Of a stretch of 64,000 nucleotides of DNA, positions 57,144 through 64,000 are shown piece by piece. This DNA is from SAR202 cluster bacterium AG-426-M11 (GTDB lineage: Bacteria; Chloroflexota; Dehalococcoidia; Lucifugimonadales; UBA826). The DNA is taken from assembly GCA_003213095.1 (NCBI GenBank), contig QCNV01000001.1:25340-89339 (forward strand), read 5' to 3'. Below the pieces are notes generated by a model that saw only the letters and a program-made list of their open reading frames with translations, ran no database searches and had not been told where the DNA came from. The translations under genes were made by a program, and so were the position numbers. The stretch's first letter is position 1, and each line of letters starts with the position of its first letter.

Positions 57144-58229
57144 ATGAAAGATACTAATTTAAGAATCCCCGGACCAGTTCCATTACCTCAAGAAACGTTA
57201 GATTTGATGTCAAGACAAATGATCAATCACAGAGGTCCTGAGTATGCTGACATGATAGATCAAATGACTAAAAATCTCCAAACTGTTTTAATGACAAAAT
57301 CAGATGTTTATTTCGTTACTGCTTCAGGTACAGGAGGCATGGAAACAGCCATAGTAAACACAACATCTCCTGGAGATAAAGTGTTATCAATTTCTATAGG
57401 GTGGTTTGGGGAAAGATTTGCAGAAATTTCCGAAGCTTACGGTTGTGAAACTATAAAAATTTCATTTGAATATGGAGAGTATGCTGATCCAAAAATAATC
57501 AAAGATTATCTAAAAAAAAATAATGATATTAGAGCCGTATTAATTACTCACAACGAAAGTTCCACAGGTGTTAGAAATCCCCTTAAAGAACTTTGTGAAA
57601 TTATCAAAACTCACTCAGACGCTTTGATTTTAGTGGATGCGGTATCTTCAGCTGCTGGATCAATAATTTCTACAGATGCATGGGGAATTGATGTTGTAGC
57701 AACTGCATCACAAAAGTCTTGGATTGCTCCTCCAGGAATAGCAATGGTTTCATTTTCTGACAAAGCGTGGAAAGCGTACGATAAATCAAAATGTCCTAAA
57801 TACTATTATGATATGGATCAATATAGAGAATATCTCAAAATTGGCCAACCACCTTTCACTCCGTCGCTTACCACTATGTACACACTTCACGAATCTTTAA
57901 AAAACATGGTCAATGAAGGCATAGAAAGTGTTTTTGAGAGGCATTCTAAAATTGCTCAATTTACTAGAGACCTCGCTAAAAACATAGGATTAGATATTTT
58001 ACCTGAAGAAAACTATGCATCAGACACAGTTACAGCTATCAAACTCCCCAAAAACGTGGATGGCAAAATGATAGTGAATCAAGTAGAAAAAAATTACAAT
58101 ATCATTCTCGGCGGTGGCCAACAAAAACTAGCTGGAAAAATAATCCGAGTAGGTCATATGGGATGGATCAACCAAGAAGATATTGAAAAGGCAATCTTTG
58201 CTCTTAAAGAAACCCTAGATACTTTATAA
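57144..58229 (+). CDS. Class V aminotransferase (serine/alanine--glyoxylate or serine--pyruvate type)
   Basis: 361 aa. HNESSTG, DAVSS and PLP lysine in ASQKSW. Confidence 0.8.
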   Translation: MKDTNLRIPGPVPLPQETLDLMSRQMINHRGPEYADMIDQMTKNLQTVLMTKSDVYFVTASGTGGMETAIVNTTSPGDKVLSISIGWFGERFAEISEAYGCETIKISFEYGEYADPKIIKDYLKKNNDIRAVLITHNESSTGVRNPLKELCEIIKTHSDALILVDAVSSAAGSIISTDAWGIDVVATASQKSWIAPPGIAMVSFSDKAWKAYDKSKCPKYYYDMDQYREYLKIGQPPFTPSLTTMYTLHESLKNMVNEGIESVFERHSKIAQFTRDLAKNIGLDILPEENYASDTVTAIKLPKNVDGKMIVNQVEKNYNIILGGGQQKLAGKIIRVGHMGWINQEDIEKAIFALKETLDTL

Positions 58230-58230
58230 A

Positions 58231-60051
58231 TTAGTTAGTAATTGAAGCAGGAGCAGAATTCAACAAATTAGTTAATTCTTCCCCTTCCACAGATTCGTGC
58301 TCAACTAAATACTTAGCTAGAGCAGACAGTTTACCTAAATTTTCATTTAATAAACTTTTTGCTACTTCATAAGCAGTTTGTACCAAACTATGAACTTCGT
58401 CATCTATAGTTTCTGCAATTGTGTCACTGTAATCTCTTTGCTCAGAAATTTCTCGTCCTAAGAAAACCAATTCTTCTCTTTTTCCAAAAGTTCTAGGACC
58501 TAATTTTTTACTCATTCCAAGCCTAGTAATCATGGCTCTAGCAATATTTGTAGCTTGTTCTAAATCATTTCCTGCACCAGTAGTTACCTCATAAAACATA
58601 ATTTCCTCAGCTACTCTTCCACCTAAAGCAGCAGCTAAACGTGCTTCAAGCTGATTTTGAGTAACCAAACTAGTTTCTTCTTCAGGTAAAAATCTAGTGT
58701 GCCCACCCGTTTGACCTCTTGCAACAATTGTGACTTTAAATGGTGGATCCGCATATGGTAAAAGATGAGCAACTAATGCATGACCTGCTTCATGATATGC
58801 AACCATTTGTTTTTCTTTTTCAGTAATATTTTTATTCTTTTTTTCTGGACCAGCTATAACTCTATCTATAGACTCAGCTATTTCTTCGTATACAATTTTT
58901 TTCTTGTCCCTTCTTGCAGACAATATAGCTGCTTCATTAAGTAAATTCATCAAGTCAGCTCCACTAAACCCAGAGGTTTGTTTAGCTACAGCTTCCAAAT
59001 CAATATCTTCATCAATTGGTTTGCCTTTAGCATGAACGCTCAAAATCTGCTGTCTACCTTTAACGTCAGGATTATCTAACGTGACTCGCCTATCAAATCT
59101 ACCAGGCCTTAATAAAGCTGGATCTAAAATATCAGGACGATTTGTTGAGGCCAAAACTATCACATTTGCTCCAGTATCAAATCCATCCATTTCAACTAGA
59201 ATCTGGTTAAGAGTCTGTTCTCGTTCGTCATGACCTCCCCCTAAACCAGCACCTCTCTGTCTTCCAACGGCATCAATTTCATCAATAAATACTATACAAG
59301 GAGAATTTTTCTTGGCTTGATCAAATAAATCTCTAACTCTAGAAGCCCCAACCCCTACAAACATTTCAACAAATTCTGATCCACTAATAGAAAAAAATGG
59401 CACTCCTGCTTCACCTGCTACAGCTCTAGCCATTAAAGTTTTACCCACGCCCGGAGGCCCCATTAAAAGAACTCCTCGAGGAATTTTAGCGCCTAATTCA
59501 ATAAATTTTTGTGGTGATTTCAAAAATTCTACAACTTCTTGTAATTCTTCTTTTGCTTCATCAACCCCAGCCACATCAGAAAAACTTACTTCAGGGTTGT
59601 CACTGTCATATTTTTTCGCTTTCGATTTACCAAAACTAAAAGTTTGACTAGAATTTCCTTGAGCTTGTCTCATCATAAATATTAATAATCCACCAAAAAA
59701 TAGGATTGGGAGTAAATTAAAAAGTATTCCAAGGAAACTCCCAAAACCACTATTACCTCTTACAGATATATCTACAGAAGTTGAACCTGAATCATTCAAT
59801 TGTTCGACAATACTAGAACCTGGTTCTTTTCTAGACGTGTAATTTTGTCCATCAAATCCTTCAGCTGACAAATTATCACCACTTACATCAATGGATTTTA
59901 ATTTCCCAGAATTTGCCAAGGAAATCATTTGACTCACAGGAATTTCTGAAGAAGCAGAAAAAGATGGACTAAATACTGTTACAAATACTGCAAGCATTCC
60001 TACAGCAATTAACATGTAAACAAATATTCCTTTAAATGATCCCAACTTCAT
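58231..60051 (-). CDS. ftsH: ATP-dependent zinc metalloprotease FtsH
   Basis: 606 aa. Two N-terminal TM helices, Walker [12 protein letters not shown] region, HEAGHA zinc site. Confidence 0.97.
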   Translation of the reverse strand: MKLGSFKGIFVYMLIAVGMLAVFVTVFSPSFSASSEIPVSQMISLANSGKLKSIDVSGDNLSAEGFDGQNYTSRKEPGSSIVEQLNDSGSTSVDISVRGNSGFGSFLGILFNLLPILFFGGLLIFMMRQAQGNSSQTFSFGKSKAKKYDSDNPEVSFSDVAGVDEAKEELQEVVEFLKSPQKFIELGAKIPRGVLLMGPPGVGKTLMARAVAGEAGVPFFSISGSEFVEMFVGVGASRVRDLFDQAKKNSPCIVFIDEIDAVGRQRGAGLGGGHDEREQTLNQILVEMDGFDTGANVIVLASTNRPDILDPALLRPGRFDRRVTLDNPDVKGRQQILSVHAKGKPIDEDIDLEAVAKQTSGFSGADLMNLLNEAAILSARRDKKKIVYEEIAESIDRVIAGPEKKNKNITEKEKQMVAYHEAGHALVAHLLPYADPPFKVTIVARGQTGGHTRFLPEEETSLVTQNQLEARLAAALGGRVAEEIMFYEVTTGAGNDLEQATNIARAMITRLGMSKKLGPRTFGKREELVFLGREISEQRDYSDTIAETIDDEVHSLVQTAYEVAKSLLNENLGKLSALAKYLVEHESVEGEELTNLLNSAPASITN

Positions 60052-60175
60052 ATTTTCTCCATAAAACTTTATTATCTGGACCTTTTATTTTACAGTAGTT
60101 GATCTTTAGGGGTAAAGTTTAATTTGATTTAAATCAGTTTGCTATACTTATATAAATTTTATTTAAGATATTCAA

Positions 60176-60853
60176 ATGACTTCACTACAACATAATTTTG
60201 ATGACAGTACAGCTAACAAAGTCACAGCAATACTTTCTCAAGAAAATATTAATAGTTTCATTATTCAATCAAACGAAGATGTCACACAATTCTCAAGTAA
60301 TAATTTCGAATCTAATTACGATGTAATCATCGTTGACACTTTTTCAATCTCTTATAATGATTTTCAAAAAATTGTCATACAATCAAATAGTAAGGAGATA
60401 CCTTCTTTAGCAATAATATCTCCTGAATCTCTTTTAATGTTAAAGGATTCTGAAATTTCTGATTTCATTACTACTCCCATCAAATTATCTGAACTAATTA
60501 CTAGGTGCCAAAGAATTACAAAACGTACTAATAACGTATCTACAGAAAAACTAATCAAATTTGGGGATTTATTAATTAATCCTGATAATTATGAAGTGAA
60601 AATCAAAGGAAATAGAGTTAACTTAAGATTCAAAGAATACGAATTACTTTTATTATTAGCATCTAATCCCGGAAGAGTTTACGATAGAGCTTCTTTATTG
60701 AATCAGATTTGGGGATACGATTATTTCGGTGGAACTAGAACTGTAGATGTTCATATCAGAAGATTAAGAAGCAAAATAGAAGTTCTTCCAGATACAGAAT
60801 ACATTGAAACCATTTGGAACGTTGGATACAGATTTACAGAAAAAACAGAATAA
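60176..60853 (+). CDS. OmpR/PhoB-family response regulator with atypical receiver domain
   Basis: 225 aa. Canonical winged-helix output (EYELLLLLASNPGRVY...TVDVHIRRLRSKI...GYRF). The receiver keeps DD and the IIVD acceptor Asp, but the conserved Lys is Thr (FITTPI) and beta-1 is polar. No kinase gene is adjacent. Confidence 0.8.
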   Translation: MTSLQHNFDDSTANKVTAILSQENINSFIIQSNEDVTQFSSNNFESNYDVIIVDTFSISYNDFQKIVIQSNSKEIPSLAIISPESLLMLKDSEISDFITTPIKLSELITRCQRITKRTNNVSTEKLIKFGDLLINPDNYEVKIKGNRVNLRFKEYELLLLLASNPGRVYDRASLLNQIWGYDYFGGTRTVDVHIRRLRSKIEVLPDTEYIETIWNVGYRFTEKTE

Positions 60854-60859
60854 ATACTG

Positions 60860-61495
60860 ATGAGTAAAATCATAACTAAGTTTTATGGTCAGCTAAATTA
60901 TGAAAAAGCGATGACCATTCAAAATTCTTTGGTAAATTCGGCTAAACAAAAAGGCGAATATTATTTAATGATATTAGAACATCCAGACACTATTTCTATG
61001 GGTGTTAGAAGTAAAACTTCAGAAATCCTAATAGGTCCAGAAAAAATTTCTGAATTAAAAATATCAATCCAGCATTCGGACAGAGGTGGTCAAACAACAT
61101 TTCATAGCCCCGGCCAACTGATAGCTTACCCAATAGTTGACTTAAAAAAAATTAACATTCAACCTAAGGATTACGTTGCAAAATTACAACTTTCTATGAT
61201 TCAAACTTTGAAGCAATTTGGAATTAATGCAAAATCTCAAGAAATGCCAATCGGAATATGGGTAAAAACTAAAAAAATTGCCTCTATTGGAGTGCGAATC
61301 AGACAAGGAATCACCTCACATGGAATTGCTCTAAACGTAAATAATGATTTAGAAAAATTTCAGCACATTATTAGTTGTGGAATAAAAAATCACATCCCAA
61401 CTTCTATATCAAATGAAACTAATCAAATCTATTCAATGGATGAAGTTGCAACCTTGTTCGCAGAAAATTTTTCAAAAACATTTGATTTAAACTAA
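60860..61495 (+). CDS. lipB: Octanoyltransferase (lipoyl(octanoyl) transferase)
   Basis: 211 aa. RGGQTTFHSPGQLIAYP, KIASIGVRI...HGIALNV and SCG motifs. Confidence 0.88.
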   Translation: MSKIITKFYGQLNYEKAMTIQNSLVNSAKQKGEYYLMILEHPDTISMGVRSKTSEILIGPEKISELKISIQHSDRGGQTTFHSPGQLIAYPIVDLKKINIQPKDYVAKLQLSMIQTLKQFGINAKSQEMPIGIWVKTKKIASIGVRIRQGITSHGIALNVNNDLEKFQHIISCGIKNHIPTSISNETNQIYSMDEVATLFAENFSKTFDLN

Positions 61496-61500
61496 TAAGT

Positions 61501-62175
61501 TTATGATTTAAGACTTTCTCTAAAATCATCTCTGCTAGAAGATCCAGTCACTAAAAATAAAACCCGTTCAGCAATATTTGTTGCTCTATCCGCAGACCTT
61601 TCTAAGTCATGAGCTACCCATAAAAGATATGTAGCTCTCTGAATAGTAGCTGGATCAGCCATCATATAAGTTAAAAGTTCACGGTAAACTTGATTATAAG
61701 TGTCATCAATTTCATCATCTAAATCACATACATCAAGAGCAGTATGTGGATCTCTTTTCACAAAACTATCGATACTTAAACGTAACATTTTTGTAGCATT
61801 TTCTGCCATTCTAGGAATATCAATTAGAGGTTTTAAAGGTGACATGTCACCCATTAAAACACTAATTTTACCAATCCCTTCAGCATAATCACCAATTCGC
61901 TCCAATTCAATTGCTATCATCATTACTGAAACAATAATTCTTAAGTCTCCGGCAACTGGGGACTGGAGAGCAATTAACTGAATACATTTTTCTTCAATTT
62001 CAGCTTGCTTAGAATCTATCAAATCATCATCATCAATAACTTGCTGTGAGGAAGTGACATCTCTATTTTTTAAGGCTTGGATAGATTTAAGTATTGAATG
62101 CTCAACCATACTTGAGAGTTCCAAAATTTCATCTTGAATTAAATTTAAATTATTTTCAAAGTCAGCCCTTAACAT
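61501..62175 (-). CDS. phoU: Phosphate signalling complex protein PhoU
   Basis: 224 aa. Two PhoU repeats with ERIGDYA and ERSADRATNIAE motifs. Confidence 0.9.
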   Translation of the reverse strand: MLRADFENNLNLIQDEILELSSMVEHSILKSIQALKNRDVTSSQQVIDDDDLIDSKQAEIEEKCIQLIALQSPVAGDLRIIVSVMMIAIELERIGDYAEGIGKISVLMGDMSPLKPLIDIPRMAENATKMLRLSIDSFVKRDPHTALDVCDLDDEIDDTYNQVYRELLTYMMADPATIQRATYLLWVAHDLERSADRATNIAERVLFLVTGSSSRDDFRESLKS

Positions 62176-62243
62176 TTTTATACCTCCCTTTATTCTTCTT
62201 AAAGCCTTAAAAAAAATTGAAGTTGAACTTTACCATAAATAAA

Positions 62244-63026
62244 TTAGCTAAATCTTCCAGTGATATATTCTTCTGTTCTTGTATTAGATGGGTTACTAAA
62301 TATTTTCTGAGTATCATCATGTTCTACAAGATATCCTGACCTGTTCTCTCCAACCATAAAAAAAGCAGTCTCATCAGAAACACGAGCTGCTTGTTGCATA
62401 TTATGGGTAACAATAACAATAGTAACGTGATCTTTGAGCTGTTTAATTAATTCTTCAATAGCTAAGGTTGCTATAGGATCTAAAGCAGAAGCAGGCTCAT
62501 CCATCAACAATACTGCAGGCTCAACCGCTAAAGCTCTTGCAATACATAAACGTTGTTGCTGGCCTCCTGAAAGAGTAAAAGCACTGTTATTTAACCTGTC
62601 TTTAACTTCATCCCAAAGTGCGGCTTGGTTTAAAGCTCTTTCAACCGCCTCATCATAGTTTCCTTTAAAACCATTTACTTTCAAACCCCAGGCTATATTC
62701 TGGTATATAGATTTTGGGAATGGATTTGGTTTTTGAAAAACCATTCCAATCCTTGATCTGATTTCAGTAGCATCAATTTCACCACCGTACAAATCTACGC
62801 CTTCAAACATTACTTTACCTTGAACAGAAGCGCCGACTATCAAATCATTCATTCTATTGAGACATCTCAAAAATGTACTTTTACCACATCCAGAAGGACC
62901 AATTAATGCAGTAATAGAATTCTGGTTAATATCTATATCAACATCTTTAACGGCATTAAATTCACCATAATAAACATTTAGTTTTTGTGCACTTAAAATA
63001 ACTTGTTGACCTATTTCTGAAGTCAT
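62244..63026 (-). CDS. pstB: Phosphate ABC transporter ATP-binding protein
   Basis: 260 aa. Walker [10 protein letters not shown], signature LSGGQQQR, Walker B LLMDEP. Confidence 0.95.
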   Translation of the reverse strand: MTSEIGQQVILSAQKLNVYYGEFNAVKDVDIDINQNSITALIGPSGCGKSTFLRCLNRMNDLIVGASVQGKVMFEGVDLYGGEIDATEIRSRIGMVFQKPNPFPKSIYQNIAWGLKVNGFKGNYDEAVERALNQAALWDEVKDRLNNSAFTLSGGQQQRLCIARALAVEPAVLLMDEPASALDPIATLAIEELIKQLKDHVTIVIVTHNMQQAARVSDETAFFMVGENRSGYLVEHDDTQKIFSNPSNTRTEEYITGRFS

Positions 63027-63030
63027 TAAA

Positions 63031-63930
63031 TTACTCCTCTGATCTTTTTTGATACTTGTTTCTCAAGAAAACTGCGATAGCATTCATACTCAAAAGTAGA
63101 ACTAACATAACTATTATTCCCGCAGCTGCCAAACCTCGGAATTCATCTTGTGGTCGTGATACCCAGTTATAAATTTGAATAGGTAAGACTGTAAATCTAT
63201 CCATAGGATGACTTGGAATAAAAGTCAGATAAACCAAAGCACTAATCGCAATTACTGGAGCAGCTTCACCAATTGCTCTAGACATAGCCAATATAGTTCC
63301 AGTCAAAATACCTGGAATTGCTGAAGGTAAAACAACACCTTTTATTACTTGCCACTGGTCAGCCCCCATAGCATAAGCACCTTCTCTATAAGAGTTGGGA
63401 ACTGCTCTAATTGCTTCTCTAGAAGCCAGTATCACTATCGGAAGCACTAATAGAGACAATGTCATGGCACCCGCCAAAACACTTCTACCTAAAAATTCGT
63501 CAGATGTCCCAATATAATAAACAAACAAAGACAACCCCAATAACCCATATACGATAGAAGGAACTCCAGCCAAATTGGCAACATTAATCTCAATAATTCG
63601 AGTAAACAAATTTCTAGGCGCATACTCTTCAAGATAAATTGCCGCACAAACTCCTATTGGAACAGTAATTAACGCAGTCATAAACATTAACCAAACTGTA
63701 CCCATTAAAGCAGAAAACAAACCAGCTTCTGCTGGTTTTCTTGAAGGATAATCAAATATGAAATGCCAACTCATCCAAGGCAAGCCACCTGTCAAAACAT
63801 CAATAATCAACACAATCAATCCCACTATTCCAACTAATACAGATAACAAAAAAAGTACATAAACAATATTTCCAATTATGACTCTTGAACGCCTATTGGG
63901 ATTGATAGAATTATGTGAATTACTGGACAT
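63031..63930 (-). CDS. pstA: Phosphate ABC transporter permease PstA
   Basis: 299 aa. Six TM helices, EAA-loop region [13 protein letters not shown]. Confidence 0.9.
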   Translation of the reverse strand: MSSNSHNSINPNRRSRVIIGNIVYVLFLLSVLVGIVGLIVLIIDVLTGGLPWMSWHFIFDYPSRKPAEAGLFSALMGTVWLMFMTALITVPIGVCAAIYLEEYAPRNLFTRIIEINVANLAGVPSIVYGLLGLSLFVYYIGTSDEFLGRSVLAGAMTLSLLVLPIVILASREAIRAVPNSYREGAYAMGADQWQVIKGVVLPSAIPGILTGTILAMSRAIGEAAPVIAISALVYLTFIPSHPMDRFTVLPIQIYNWVSRPQDEFRGLAAAGIIVMLVLLLSMNAIAVFLRNKYQKRSEE

Positions 63931-63933
63931 TTT

Positions 63934-64000
63934 TAATATTCCTCTCTAAATCGCGTAACAATCCAAAATCCCAAAAGATTCATGAATAATGTCAAAGCAA
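63934..64000 (-). CDS. pstC: Phosphate ABC transporter permease PstC, C-terminal fragment (runs off the window)
   Basis: The minus-strand frame reads ...[21 protein letters not shown] then TAA at 63936-63934, 3 nt before the pstA ATG. Position in the pst operon supports the call. Confidence 0.6.

Noticed and set aside
1-64000. Mobile elements, prophage, CRISPR arrays, toxin-antitoxin or defence islands
   Set aside because: No integrase, transposase, recombinase, Cas, restriction or phage-like ORFs. No direct or inverted terminal repeats and no spaced repeat arrays. Every ORF longer than 90 aa on the called strands has a housekeeping or metabolic assignment, except three small unknowns.

Overview
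This is an AT-rich bacterial chromosome segment; by eye about one third is G+C, which I did not compute. It is extremely gene-dense. I call 63 protein-coding genes, one of them partial, and my hand tally of the gaps leaves only about 2 kb (about 3 percent) non-coding.

The content is almost entirely core housekeeping:
- Secretion and repair: secF, xth, mfd.
- An extended macromolecular-synthesis operon: dgt-like, two unknown small ORFs, dnaG, rpoD and a DUF362 gene.
- Replication and nucleotide supply: gyrA, and nrdR-nrdJ (class II ribonucleotide reductase).
- A collapsed division cluster: rsmH-ftsA-ftsZ.
- One tight operon: mog-trmD-argF-der-plsY-gpsA.
- Other core genes: dnaJ-prmA-rsmE, folD, acpS, ribF, tyrS, ftsH, lipB.
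- A phosphate module: phoU-pstB-pstA-pstC' plus a PhoB-like regulator.

The only large multi-gene system is a complete alternative complex III (act) respiratory locus at 46.6-54.7 kb.

I see no rRNA, tRNA, CRISPR array, transposase, integrase, phage gene or recognisable defence gene, and no intergenic space is long enough to hide one. I therefore do not find a convincing self-contained novel system.

The observations most worth a second look are:
- Two conserved genes (yggT, prmA) whose conserved N-termini lie upstream of any ATG/GTG/TTG. This implies ATT-type initiation.
- A dcw cluster reduced to rsmH-ftsA-ftsZ with no mur or fts wall-synthesis genes.
- The act locus, which has a split ActB, two adjacent NrfD-like subunits and an extra upstream membrane ORF.
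- Several enzyme-family members that have lost catalytic residues: a class I amidotransferase/C26 fold, an alpha/beta hydrolase, and a PhoB-like receiver domain.
- Two unknown small proteins embedded between dgt and dnaG.

The gene order resembles Terrabacteria-type and Chloroflexota-like streamlined marine genomes (dnaJ-prmA-rsmE, der-plsY-gpsA, a wall-less-looking dcw remnant). That placement is an inference only.
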